DNA from: Candidatus Bathyarchaeota archaeon
GTDB taxonomy: Archaea > Thermoproteota > Bathyarchaeia > 40CM-2-53-6
Direction: 5' to 3'
NCBI GenBank assembly: GCA_963833125.1
Contig: CAWHWX010000004.1
Coordinates: 160,001 to 224,000 of the forward strand
DNA: 64,000 bases
In this document: positions 28,588 through 38,939 of the stretch, one piece after another
Numbering within the stretch: the stretch's first letter is position 1
Layout of the letters: each line of letters starts with the position of its first letter
Translations under genes and position numbers: made by a program
The notes under the pieces: model-generated
The model's input: the letters and a program-made list of their open reading frames with translations, nothing else
Databases searched by the model: none
Told to the model about the DNA's origin: nothing

Positions 28588-29754
28588 ATGTCGGTCGGAA
28601 CATTTCTCAGCGATTCCCTAGCCATAGCTGAGACTGAATTTCGGCAATTTCGAAGGAACCGAAGCGCCATACTCATCTCCCTTGTAGTCTTACCCCTATT
28701 CTTCACCGTCTCCCTCGGCGCAGGTCAAGGTGGCGCAGGTTCATCTTTCTCCCCTACGGCAGATATTCCGATCGGCTTTGTAGACAATGACAATTCAATC
28801 GCCTCACTCCGCCTCTGGCAAACGTTAACCAGATCACCGGACTTTCATAACTTGATACAATCATATAATGAGCAGGCCGCCATAGCTGAGCTCGGAACTA
28901 AACGAGTCTACGCCGTGATCGTTGTCCCCAAAGGTTTCCAAAATGAATTGGAAAACGGAAATCAAGCGAGGCTAATACTCTATACCGATGACAGCGAGCC
29001 TGGTGTGTCCGACCAAATCCAGAGCACACTAACGGGCTATGCGCAGAATTTCGACCCGAACGTAGAAGTTCAGCCGCACCTGAGCCAGTTGCAGAAGCAA
29101 TCGGTTGCGGGAGTTGGCGTTGTTCAGAAGGGCGCCATATTCCCCAGCTTCAACGTTGGATTAACCACCATACTAGCGATCGTGCAAATTTTTTCAGCGT
29201 TCTATGAGATTGCAGGCGGAATGGCTCGAGAACGGGATGAGGGAACCTATGCCCGTCTCCTCGCCTCGCCAATTCCAATTGGCGCAATCATGTTGGGGAA
29301 AACACTTTTTGACATTGCCTTGAGCGTTTTGAGAACGTTCATTGTTCTTGGGATTGGCATTTACGGGTACGGGGCGAGACCGAGTACAGATTTCGGCACG
29401 ATCCTCGCGTTGTCTCTTATCGTTGCGCTCGTAACGATGGGAATTGGCTTCGTTGCAGCTGCCTTGAAGATGGGGCAAAGGGCTGTGGTGATCATTACGT
29501 TCTTTCTGATCCTATTTCTTTTCGCGTTCAGCGGGTTGATCATTGACAGCAATTTGCTCGTTGGAATCTCGCAAGCTATCAGTTACTCTCTACCCTTCAC
29601 CTACGCATTCGACGCGTTGAGACGCACAATACTGCTGGGTAGGCCTTTGCTCTCACTGACTTTTGATCTTGAATATTTGATTGGATCCATAATCGTCTCG
29701 TTCGCATTGGCCTTCGTACTGCTTCGCAGCTTCCGAGAGAGGTTGGTTACTTGA
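28588..29754 (+). CDS. ABC-2 type permease
   Basis: ERDEGTYARLLASP; TM pattern with large extracellular loop. Confidence 0.9.
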   Translation: MSVGTFLSDSLAIAETEFRQFRRNRSAILISLVVLPLFFTVSLGAGQGGAGSSFSPTADIPIGFVDNDNSIASLRLWQTLTRSPDFHNLIQSYNEQAAIAELGTKRVYAVIVVPKGFQNELENGNQARLILYTDDSEPGVSDQIQSTLTGYAQNFDPNVEVQPHLSQLQKQSVAGVGVVQKGAIFPSFNVGLTTILAIVQIFSAFYEIAGGMARERDEGTYARLLASPIPIGAIMLGKTLFDIALSVLRTFIVLGIGIYGYGARPSTDFGTILALSLIVALVTMGIGFVAAALKMGQRAVVIITFFLILFLFAFSGLIIDSNLLVGISQAISYSLPFTYAFDALRRTILLGRPLLSLTFDLEYLIGSIIVSFALAFVLLRSFRERLVT

Positions 29755-30878
29755 GCACTTTCGTTAATGACACAGTTGCCATTACCACGAAAGAACTAAG
29801 ACAACTACGCCGCGACCCCGTCTCGTTGATCTTGACGGTTATGTTCCCAATCATCCTCATCAGTATCTTCATAGTAATCGTTGCTGCCTTCAGCGCCACC
29901 ACCCATAATGTTCCAGTGGTCGTCGCTGATCTAGACGGTACGCCAGCCTCGAACGCTATGCTTAACGAATTAACTCGATCACGCTTCATCCACGTAAACC
30001 AACTCGTGCAAACCGAAGACCAAGCCTACCAAGCGGTTGCCAATGGGCAAGCAGTGGGAGCCATAATTATACCTCAAGGATTCGGAAGTGCGCTTCAGGC
30101 TGGAGACGCTTTCGTTATCGTTTCTACTGATAATTCTAAGTTGACCTCTTCGCAGTTCGTGATTGGCGCTGTGAACTCGGGCGCTCAGGATCTCGTTAAC
30201 CAGGTGACCTCAGGTGAAGGCATTAGTTTCGGACTCAAGATTGCCCCAATCGACGTAATCACAAGACCTCTGACGGGGCGTCCGCCTAGCGGGGACCCGA
30301 TCCTGCCCGGCTTCCTGGGCTTAATCGCCATCCTTGGAGGTTTTGATGACATCGTGAACGCGATTAACCGGGAACGGGAACGAGGGACATTTCCACGCTT
30401 GACTCTAACTCCAGTGAGCCTGTTCGCGGTTTACTCCGGTAAAATGTCCGCAACAGTAGTTCTTACGATTCTACGGACTGCGTTGATGCTGGTAATCTTC
30501 AGTCTTTATGGTTTGGTAATACATGGAAGTCTCATACTCATCTTCCTGACAACTATTCTAATCGCGGTCTTCACATTCTCTTTAGGCTTAACGATTTCAA
30601 CGAGAATCCGAAGTACAACGACTCTGACGGTTTTGGAGATAGCGATGACGTTCCCGCTGTTCGCGTTGGCTGGGACCACGAATTCCCCGCTTCTACTTGC
30701 GCCTGGTGGTAGGGCGATCTCCGACAGCCTGCCCTGGACTTATGGTAATGATGCGCTTAGACGTTTGATCTATCTGGGGGCTGGGTTGAACGCGATTAGT
30801 GGCGATCTTCTCGTCCTGTTCATCAGCAGTCTCATACTGATGCCGATCGCGATTCTTCTATCGAAACGGACGATGTAG
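29751..30878 (+). CDS. ABC-2 type permease
   Basis: KELRQLRRD, ERERGTFPRL; overlaps previous stop. Confidence 0.9.
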   Translation: MSTFVNDTVAITTKELRQLRRDPVSLILTVMFPIILISIFIVIVAAFSATTHNVPVVVADLDGTPASNAMLNELTRSRFIHVNQLVQTEDQAYQAVANGQAVGAIIIPQGFGSALQAGDAFVIVSTDNSKLTSSQFVIGAVNSGAQDLVNQVTSGEGISFGLKIAPIDVITRPLTGRPPSGDPILPGFLGLIAILGGFDDIVNAINRERERGTFPRLTLTPVSLFAVYSGKMSATVVLTILRTALMLVIFSLYGLVIHGSLILIFLTTILIAVFTFSLGLTISTRIRSTTTLTVLEIAMTFPLFALAGTTNSPLLLAPGGRAISDSLPWTYGNDALRRLIYLGAGLNAISGDLLVLFISSLILMPIAILLSKRTM

Positions 30879-30880
30879 TG

Positions 30881-33800
30881 TTATCGGCGTCTTCTTCGAT
30901 CCAACATGAACGCTGCGGCTGCACATACGGTTATTGTGGTTAGGGGAATAGTTGCGAGCTCAGGTATCGGGATTTGGCTTTCTTCCAGAATGTAGTTGAG
31001 TGCATCATTCTGTTCTCCTTGGTTCACGTTAAGCGTGAACATGATTTGCTGGTGGCCTTCGGTATGGTTCCATTCGGTAATTGTGGTTTGGTAGGTGCCT
31101 GGGTTTAGGTATCCGTCAAACCATCCGTCCCACGTGTACCAGTAATACTGATACCCAGTACTGTCAACCAGCTCCACCCTTACCCAACTCATCGTTCGGG
31201 TTTGATCGTCCCAATTCATTCCAAGTATGATTCCCTGAATGTACCCTCGTCTGTCTACCTCGAACTCGGCTGAAGCTTCGCCGCTGAGCGGAGCGTTTAG
31301 GATTAGAGTGAATCCATTTTGCGCGTATGGTCCGAGGTGGTTGTACGGGAAGAAGTATGGTGATTCGCCTTGAAGGAGGGCTGGGGCGGGAGGGTACGCA
31401 GCGGTTGGCCTGTACCAGTTCACGAAATCAACCATCACCGTCCACGACCCGAAGTAACTGCCTGCGTAAGCGCCGCTGCCCCATATTCCATGGTCTGGGG
31501 AGAATAGGGTGGCGCTTCGGATGCGGGAAGTTGCGCTGCTGGGTTCCACGTAGCTGAACTCCCCTGCGAGGTCCTTGTAGGTCAATAATGTGGTTCCTGC
31601 CGGAAGCGCTTGGTTGGTGATTTTGTTTCCGTTTGCGAAGAAGCCGACATTTGATGAGCGGAGGAGTATCCCTGCGTCTGAGGTGAATGAGGTTGTCGCG
31701 GCAACTAGCCTGTCTTGGTCATCGAATATGCGGAACCTAACCGACATATTGTAAGGTGTTCCCGAAATTATTTTCTCACTCTTGAAGAGAACACTTACTG
31801 TCAGGTTTACACCAACTATGAGGTTGACGTGTGTGTCAGCCATTTGGGCGAGCCATGGGACGGCCACGTAAACGTTTCCAAGGTCACCGAGCGTGACCAC
31901 GTTCTCTTGCACATACCCATACGTCCACGCATTCAGGGCGTAGGTCCCCGGGTAAATGGCGAGGTTCGATCTGAATGATGGTAGTCGGTATGAGGTGAAA
32001 TTGAATAAGAAACCTTCATGGAAGTTTTCTTGTAGGAAATCAAAGGTGGTCATACTGTTTGCTGGGTCCGTGGAGGGTACATTGGGGAAGTCAGGCCCGA
32101 TGCTATCTACGCGGACACTCCCGTTTGTCACGAGGTAGCTAGATCCTGATCCGTAACCTGTTAACCATCCCGACCATGGGAGGTCCGTGAACCCTGAGTT
32201 CTGTTTAGGTATCATCCATTGCAACTGTTTGGCGTTCCAGAAGTTGATTACGTCAATGAAGTTCTGTGACGAGATGTCGTACACTAGAACATTCACAGAT
32301 GTGTCGTTCCACACCCAGTTCCGTTCGACCCTGGGTCTCTCCCAGTCGGTAGATACTAGAGTGACGTTGATGCTGCCGCCTCTGTACATGTGAGTGCTTG
32401 CTGCCACGAGACAGGTCCCGACCGAGACCGTTACTGATAGTGGTTGGTCTAATTCGTCGAATGACTCTGCTGGCGGAAGGGCCTGGATATAGCCCCGCAT
32501 GAATAAGCGGACCGTGTACGTATCGGTTGGCAGTCCATAGTCGTATGCGCCCCTGTATCTGGCGAGTGAATATTTGATTGGTGCTCGCGGGTCGAAGGTG
32601 GATATGTGAAGCGGGTCACCAGCCATCCCCAAACCGTTCAGGAGTATAGACATCTCAGACTTCGACGATGAGACTTGAGTAAAGTTGAATCCTGCCAAGG
32701 AGTTGTCTCTCGCGAACGCTTCCGCGATCAGATAGCGTGCTGGGTCAGGGCCTCCTATCGGAGCTTCCACTAGCGTGGCTGGGTCGTTATGGAAGTGGAC
32801 TGTGATGTTGACGCCGCATGTTTGTACAATGTCTATTGGTATGTTGGTGTTATAGGGGCCTATGTCTGGGACGGTGAAGGAGTAATCCACGAAAGTTGTC
32901 CCATCAAGAGTAGTCTGAACGTATCCATTCAGGAAGACTCGGATGTAGTAGGTTCCGGGACTCAGGCTGTTCGTCCATGTCGCGAAGACCTCCGGGACCA
33001 TTCCTGAGAACTTCGTTGGCACGCCGTAGACGCCCTCCGACCCAAATTGGAACGTGAACTCCGAGGCTGATGATCCCAGACCGGTGTTTGGGTCGAGATT
33101 GCCGCGTGGGTCGACCCACCAGACCTGCGCCGGTCCCACGCCGTTATACAACCCGAAAGGATCTCTGATGCCCGGGTTCGTGTACGTGTAGTAGCTTGTG
33201 GGACCCTCCCAAGGGAATGCTACCTTTTTCGGGCCCGTTACTCCTGAAATTAACCCGCTAAACCCTGTAGCTGAGAAGAATGTATTTCCGTTAACGAACG
33301 ATGTGTAGGGGGCATTGGTGAGGTTGATGGGGGATTCGGTTTCGATGCTTGGAACGTCGTAGGATTTACTATTGTAAATGATTACTGAGATTGGCCGTTG
33401 GGCTGGCCACGGGATTTCCCCAAACCCTTGTTTGGAGAAAATTGTAGCTCGCAGTTGAAAGCCAACGTCAAGGTATCCATCAACCTTAAGCGACTGCCCC
33501 CGAGTGACCCTTACATTGCTAGCTATCTTCTGTTCGGGAAGCCCAGCCGCTGATGCGTAGATATCATACACTCCTGGGGCGACACCTTCTATCTCATAGT
33601 GGCCCTTAGCGGTTGCGTTGAAGTACCCTCTTGCCTCAACCGCTCGACCCGTCGGCTCGTTTGTCAGCGGATCGTTTGCAATCCCGACCGCTCTAACCAT
33701 TCCTGGTAAGTTGATGGGTTGTCCATAGAGAGTGCTGTTCAGATCTCCATACCTGAGGGTGCCCGAGATTATGGCGGGGTCCACTTCGCCCTTTACGAGG

Positions 33801-34636
33801 AGCACTGGCCAATTCTCCATTGGCATTGTGCCCGCGATCAAATTAGAGGACCCGGTCGTGCATATGCTCGTGCACCCGTGCACGGGGTATGAGTCGTTGA
33901 GGAACATTTTGAAAAAGTATCGTCCAGCGGTGAAAGGTGCTTTCATCTGGTTGATTCGAATGTAATACCAGTTATCAAATTTCTTGTTGAAGTTGAACGT
34001 GATCCCTGAGGGTGGCGCTCGGATGTATATGATCCATGAACCGGGTTCGAATGGATCGTTCATGTCCGCTCGGGTCACGAATATGCTTCCGTAATCGTTC
34101 GTGATTGTGGTGACGATGTTGGTGTTATCACCTTGATCCCAGTTGATTCCGGCGGCGGGTTCGAACCCATCTTGAATTAGTTTGCCTGTTGCATCGAAGA
34201 CAGGTGCGGGGATGTAGATTGCTAAGCTTGTGTAGTTGAATCGGCTTGGGCTAGGGAAAACGTTGGGGTTTGAGAAATTTAGGGCGAAGATCATGTCTCC
34301 TACGCTGTCGTGGTCGGCGGTTGATGTGAGTATTGCGCCCTCAGGGCTGTATGAGTCTCCCGCGGCTTGGAGCGGTTGCTGATCAGTAAAGGGCGACTGA
34401 TAGCCGGGCGGGTTGGTGGCTACCCCCGAGTATGTATTTAGTCCACTACCGGGCCAGACGTATCCTAGGGGGCCAGGGACGTGGTTACCTGGTGGTGATG
34501 TGGTTAGCTCAGTATCGTTTGTTCGGTAGGGGGATGTTCCAGTCAAATCTCCTAGAGTTGTGTGAGCCCATACGGGAGCGACGTATGAGAGTGCGAGGGC
34601 CATCAATAGTAGGACAATGGCCCACCTTCGAGCCAA
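30881..34636 (-). CDS. 1251-aa secreted cell-surface protein with PEF-CTERM-like anchor
   Basis: Signal peptide; carboxypeptidase-regulatory-like beta domains (GHYEIEGVAPGVYDIYASAAG); ends IPEL-TM-RRRRR. Confidence 0.85.
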   Translation of the reverse strand: MARRWAIVLLLMALALSYVAPVWAHTTLGDLTGTSPYRTNDTELTTSPPGNHVPGPLGYVWPGSGLNTYSGVATNPPGYQSPFTDQQPLQAAGDSYSPEGAILTSTADHDSVGDMIFALNFSNPNVFPSPSRFNYTSLAIYIPAPVFDATGKLIQDGFEPAAGINWDQGDNTNIVTTITNDYGSIFVTRADMNDPFEPGSWIIYIRAPPSGITFNFNKKFDNWYYIRINQMKAPFTAGRYFFKMFLNDSYPVHGCTSICTTGSSNLIAGTMPMENWPVLLVKGEVDPAIISGTLRYGDLNSTLYGQPINLPGMVRAVGIANDPLTNEPTGRAVEARGYFNATAKGHYEIEGVAPGVYDIYASAAGLPEQKIASNVRVTRGQSLKVDGYLDVGFQLRATIFSKQGFGEIPWPAQRPISVIIYNSKSYDVPSIETESPINLTNAPYTSFVNGNTFFSATGFSGLISGVTGPKKVAFPWEGPTSYYTYTNPGIRDPFGLYNGVGPAQVWWVDPRGNLDPNTGLGSSASEFTFQFGSEGVYGVPTKFSGMVPEVFATWTNSLSPGTYYIRVFLNGYVQTTLDGTTFVDYSFTVPDIGPYNTNIPIDIVQTCGVNITVHFHNDPATLVEAPIGGPDPARYLIAEAFARDNSLAGFNFTQVSSSKSEMSILLNGLGMAGDPLHISTFDPRAPIKYSLARYRGAYDYGLPTDTYTVRLFMRGYIQALPPAESFDELDQPLSVTVSVGTCLVAASTHMYRGGSINVTLVSTDWERPRVERNWVWNDTSVNVLVYDISSQNFIDVINFWNAKQLQWMIPKQNSGFTDLPWSGWLTGYGSGSSYLVTNGSVRVDSIGPDFPNVPSTDPANSMTTFDFLQENFHEGFLFNFTSYRLPSFRSNLAIYPGTYALNAWTYGYVQENVVTLGDLGNVYVAVPWLAQMADTHVNLIVGVNLTVSVLFKSEKIISGTPYNMSVRFRIFDDQDRLVAATTSFTSDAGILLRSSNVGFFANGNKITNQALPAGTTLLTYKDLAGEFSYVEPSSATSRIRSATLFSPDHGIWGSGAYAGSYFGSWTVMVDFVNWYRPTAAYPPAPALLQGESPYFFPYNHLGPYAQNGFTLILNAPLSGEASAEFEVDRRGYIQGIILGMNWDDQTRTMSWVRVELVDSTGYQYYWYTWDGWFDGYLNPGTYQTTITEWNHTEGHQQIMFTLNVNQGEQNDALNYILEESQIPIPELATIPLTTITVCAAAAFMLDRRRRR

Positions 34637-34684
34637 GCAATATTCTGCTCCAAGCCAACTAGATCGCTATACGCCCTGCATCGT

Positions 34685-35965
34685 CTACTTTTCGTTCGTG
34701 GCGGGTCGCTGTGCGGCCGCCTTTGCCTTTCTTCTTCTCATGTAGAGGAACCCGCCTCCTCCAACCACTACTACGACTACCAACGCGATAAGTGTGACAG
34801 GTGCTGCGGGTGGTTGGACTGTCAAGGATATTGTGTATGTGTCATCTAGGGCGTTGTTGTCTTGAGTCCAGTCGAATCGGAGGTCGATATTGTACTGTCC
34901 CGGTTGAGCTTTACTGTCTATATCAACGGTGAAGAACGCCGACTTCGTCTCATTTGCATACATTGTTCCTAGGAAGTCGGTTAGGGTTCCTGTGAAGAAG
35001 TTGCCTACCATTAACTCCACACGGACCGAGTCTGCTTCTACCGACCCAGCATTTCTCACGTCTACCCTGATCACGTCTCCCGAATCGCCAACACCAACGA
35101 CGGAGGGTGTGACGGTGAGAATGTCGTACTTCACCTTCTCGGCAACATATAATGGAATCTGCCCGATTGGTACGAGCGTGCCGTTTGTAAGGTGCCCCAG
35201 AATTATCGAGTATTGGCCGAAGGTTGCGTTCTTAGACACGTCTACGATGAAATTCGCAACTGTTGTTTGGCCAGGCGGAAGATTCCCTACATAGATCTGA
35301 TCGGATCCGCTTGAGGAAGGGGTGAAAGGCGGCATCAGGTTAAGCTGAAGTTGAAGATCTTTAGCTGTCCCCTGCCCTGAGTTTACGATCGTAACCGCAA
35401 CGGTTACCGCCTTACTATCGGGGTAGACCTTTGTCGGATTCGTCTCAACTCCCTGAACGTGCAATTCTCCCTTCCAAATCGGCACATCTACCTCTACAGT
35501 TGTGTCAATTGCTTGAAGTTCTCTCGCTGACTTGTATGTTAGTTCAAGACTGTTACGATAGATCCCCTCCTTTGCTGAGGGGTCGATGTTCAAGGTGTAC
35601 TTGAGCGTGTATCCTTGCCCCGCTTGCAGGTCACCTGCAGCTTGGGAAACAGAGGTGCCGGAGTATTGAACCCCATTCACATAATATTCGTAAATCAGTG
35701 GCGAGCTAATCATGAGGGTTGCGTTGACGCTACGCGCCACATCGTCGCCAACGTTCGTAATTAGGATCGACAACTGTAAGCTAGTATCGCCTGGGTGGGC
35801 GGTATCGGGGCTCGAAGGGTCACCGCCCCAAAATACGTTGGTCACTACAACATTCGCAACCCCTATCGCCTGTACAGGTTGCGCTCCTAGGTGCAGCAGC
35901 ATTCCAAACGAAATAATGAGCAATAGACCAAATGCTCTTCCGCATCGCATATCTATAATCTCCAC
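34685..35965 (-). CDS. COG1361-type S-layer-domain (CARDB-like repeat) protein
   Basis: Signal peptide, three N-x-G Ig-like repeats, C-terminal TM helix plus RRRK. Confidence 0.8.
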   Translation of the reverse strand: MEIIDMRCGRAFGLLLIISFGMLLHLGAQPVQAIGVANVVVTNVFWGGDPSSPDTAHPGDTSLQLSILITNVGDDVARSVNATLMISSPLIYEYYVNGVQYSGTSVSQAAGDLQAGQGYTLKYTLNIDPSAKEGIYRNSLELTYKSARELQAIDTTVEVDVPIWKGELHVQGVETNPTKVYPDSKAVTVAVTIVNSGQGTAKDLQLQLNLMPPFTPSSSGSDQIYVGNLPPGQTTVANFIVDVSKNATFGQYSIILGHLTNGTLVPIGQIPLYVAEKVKYDILTVTPSVVGVGDSGDVIRVDVRNAGSVEADSVRVELMVGNFFTGTLTDFLGTMYANETKSAFFTVDIDSKAQPGQYNIDLRFDWTQDNNALDDTYTISLTVQPPAAPVTLIALVVVVVVGGGGFLYMRRRKAKAAAQRPATNEK

Positions 35966-36039
35966 CTAACTCGTTTTGCCGTCATTGTACCAGCGGGCTT
36001 TAAAGTTGCGCTCGAAGTTCTGCAAGTCAACGCACCGTT

Positions 36040-36441
36040 CTAATCATTCGCCCTTCCACGTCTCAACAGATCATGAAGGGCTCTCCGTCCGAACACTTCC
36101 GCATACATCGCGAGGATTCCAAGCAATTTCTCCTCCCATTCCTTCTGGGACTCCTTAATCCGTTTCAATTTTTTCACCTGGGCCGTTCGACCTTTCGGTG
36201 TAAGGGCATAGTAGACTCTACCCGACTTCTCATCGCGATTCGATTTGATAATTCCTCTGCGCTCCATGCGTCGAAGGAAAGGATAGATCGTACCAAAACT
36301 GACCTTAATGTGTCCTCCACTCATCTTCCTAAACCGCGAGGCTAGCTCATAGCCATACGCTGGTCCATCCTTCATGGCCAGAAAGAACATTACCTCATAC
36401 GGGCCTGTCTTGAATCCCTTCGCCATTAGCGTTGCCCACAT
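36040..36441 (-). CDS. PadR-family transcriptional regulator
   Basis: GPAYGYEL...GTIYPFLRRME..G....RVYYALTPKG. Confidence 0.92.
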   Translation of the reverse strand: MWATLMAKGFKTGPYEVMFFLAMKDGPAYGYELASRFRKMSGGHIKVSFGTIYPFLRRMERRGIIKSNRDEKSGRVYYALTPKGRTAQVKKLKRIKESQKEWEEKLLGILAMYAEVFGRRALHDLLRRGRAND

Positions 36442-36444
36442 CCA

Positions 36445-36513
36445 TATCGTATCGATACATCAGGCGGCGTATTTTAATATTACACACTATCGATAAGACA
36501 GTATCGTATCGAT
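36445..36513. promoter_or_regulatory. Candidate PadR operator, three TATCGAT units
   Basis: TATCGTATCGATAC 36445, TATCGATA 36488 and TATCGTATCGAT 36502 in the divergent intergenic region. Confidence 0.55.
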
Positions 36514-36599
36514 GTACGAAACCGCACTATAAGGAATGACATGATGGCACCGCTCAACGTCCACTCTGGGACGCAATAAGAATCAACTGAGGCACAACA

Positions 36600-37412
36600 A
36601 TGACACTCCAGAGAACAGAGTTCGCCCCGCTATCTCAATATGCGATTGAGACTCATGGTCTTACAAAGAAATTCGGGAACTTCACGGCCGTCGACCACAT
36701 CGACCTCGCTGTCCGGAAGGGAGAAATCTATGGATTTCTTGGACCGAATGGCGCAGGAAAGAGTACCACCATTCGCATGCTTTGCACCTTACTTAAGCCA
36801 ACTTCAGGCACCGCAACCGTTGCGGGATTCAATATCGATAGCGAAGCAAATGAGGTTCGCAAACGAATTGGATTAGTTTCAGAGAAGCTAATCATGTACA
36901 CCCGGTTGACGGCTGAACAGAATCTGATGTTCTTCGGCAAACTCTACGGAATAGATAATTCGGAATTGAAGTCGAAAGTCGAGGAACTACTGGAGATGGT
37001 CAAGCTTACACCCTTCAAAGATCGAAGCGTGGGTGGCTTCTCAAGCGGCATGAGGCAAAGAATGAACGTAATCCGGGCCCTAATTCACGATCCTGAAATC
37101 ATCTTTCTGGACGAACCAACCACAGCGCTTGACCCTCAAAGCACGAAGTTCGTGAGGGATACAATACTCGATCTGAAGAGAGGAGGACACTCGATCATTC
37201 TGACCACACACATCATGGAAGAAGCAGACGAATTGTCGGATAGGATTTCAATTATTGACCATGGAAAAATCATGGCAACGGGAACGGTTGCGGGACTTAA
37301 GGAACAGTATGGTACGGAGTCAATGCTTGAAGTTTTCCTGACGGTGACGGGCCGAGAGCTACGCGATTCGGCTTCAGACCGCGTTAGCATGAAAGCTGTC
37401 GGGAGAATGTAA
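36600..37412 (+). CDS. ABC exporter ATP-binding subunit
   Basis: GPNGAGKST, FSSGMRQR, FLDEPT. Confidence 0.93.
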   Translation: MTLQRTEFAPLSQYAIETHGLTKKFGNFTAVDHIDLAVRKGEIYGFLGPNGAGKSTTIRMLCTLLKPTSGTATVAGFNIDSEANEVRKRIGLVSEKLIMYTRLTAEQNLMFFGKLYGIDNSELKSKVEELLEMVKLTPFKDRSVGGFSSGMRQRMNVIRALIHDPEIIFLDEPTTALDPQSTKFVRDTILDLKRGGHSIILTTHIMEEADELSDRISIIDHGKIMATGTVAGLKEQYGTESMLEVFLTVTGRELRDSASDRVSMKAVGRM

Positions 37413-37414
37413 AC

Positions 37415-38632
37415 GTGCAAACTAAAACAAGGCAGGTGAGCGGATGGAAAGTTACCGGTGAAATAGCCAAACGCGACCTGCTCGATTTATGGCGAGCAAA
37501 GATGCTCCTCATCTTCTTCATCATGATGCCCCTGCTCTTCATGACAATGTTTGGTTTCATTTACCCACCCTCAGTTCAAGTAAATCCATACAGTGGGCAA
37601 ATACCTTCACCATACCCAAACTTGGAGATAGCCATAATTCAACAAGACAACGGACAGACAGCGCGTAACATTGCAGCTCAATTTATTCAAATCGCTGAAT
37701 CTCAAGGAATATTCAAAGTGGATGAAATAACGGATTATTCAACAGCCAGAAATGGAATTGTCAAGGGCCAACTGTCGGGAATAGTGGTCATACCCCAAGG
37801 ATTCAGCGCTGCAATTCAGGCTGACGCGCAGGCCACGGTACAAGTAACTGTTGACCAAACAAACCCATCGGTAGCCGCTGCTGTTCAAACTGAGGTCACA
37901 GAAATTTTTGGGGCGATTGAAAGCAAAATATCAACACAATACCTTCAAAACTTTGACCCAAAAGTTGACCCAACATTCGTTCTTCAACCAATCACTGTAA
38001 CCAACATTCCATTGATTCCAGGCGTCCCAACGTCCTTCGAATATCTAGCCCCTTCATTCATGGCCTTAACCGTCATTACGGGAGCATTAAACGGAGTCAG
38101 CACCGCCATCTCCAGAGAAAAAGAACAAGGAACAATGGACGGATTACTCGTCGCACCCATCCCCAGGCAATCCGTCATCTTAGGAAAAATCGTAGCGCAA
38201 ACAGTACGCGGATTGATTCAAGGATTTCTAATACTTGGATTATCAATGCTATTGTTCGGAGTAGTGATTTACGGCAGCCCTATCACGATGCTTCTTGTCA
38301 TGGTGCTTGGCGTTGCGAGCTTCATCGGCGTCGGCATAATCATGACCTCTCTTGCTCCTGAACAGGAAACAGCACAGATGATGACAACGCTCCTACAGTT
38401 CCCAATGATGTTTCTTAGCGGGATACTCTTCCCAATTAACCAGCTCCCTGTAGCCGTACAATACATCGGAAAGACCTTCCCTCTCTACTACGCGGCGGAC
38501 GCGCTCAGAAAAGTAGTCATACTGAATGCGAGCGTGAACATCATCATGCCAGATCTGCTCGTGCTCCTAGCATACTCAGTGGTGACTATGGCAATCGCTG
38601 TACCAATCTTCAACCGAGCAATGGCAAGATGA
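37415..38632 (+). CDS. ABC-2 type permease
   Basis: REKEQGTMDGLLVAP, FLSGILFP. Confidence 0.92.
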   Translation: MQTKTRQVSGWKVTGEIAKRDLLDLWRAKMLLIFFIMMPLLFMTMFGFIYPPSVQVNPYSGQIPSPYPNLEIAIIQQDNGQTARNIAAQFIQIAESQGIFKVDEITDYSTARNGIVKGQLSGIVVIPQGFSAAIQADAQATVQVTVDQTNPSVAAAVQTEVTEIFGAIESKISTQYLQNFDPKVDPTFVLQPITVTNIPLIPGVPTSFEYLAPSFMALTVITGALNGVSTAISREKEQGTMDGLLVAPIPRQSVILGKIVAQTVRGLIQGFLILGLSMLLFGVVIYGSPITMLLVMVLGVASFIGVGIIMTSLAPEQETAQMMTTLLQFPMMFLSGILFPINQLPVAVQYIGKTFPLYYAADALRKVVILNASVNIIMPDLLVLLAYSVVTMAIAVPIFNRAMAR

Positions 38633-38939
38633 CTACCCAAGGCAAGACCTAGATATGATGGAGCCGATGGGATCGAATTTCCTTCATTCTCCCTCTTGAT
38701 GCGACTCAAGTTTTCAGGCAATAAGCGAAACGATACCTACAATGAAAGTTAGGCGCCTGCTATTCCCAAAGATTGCAAACCACTCATACTGCTAGGAAGG
38801 ATGCGGCGCTTATCGCGTTCGGTAAATCTGCCGTTCCATATTCAAATTTACACGTTCCTTCGCAAGTGCGTGTCTGAAAAGCTGAAGTCGCAAGTCCAAC
38901 CATTAGTGGGCGACCCATTGGTCGGCTATCGAGATTTGA

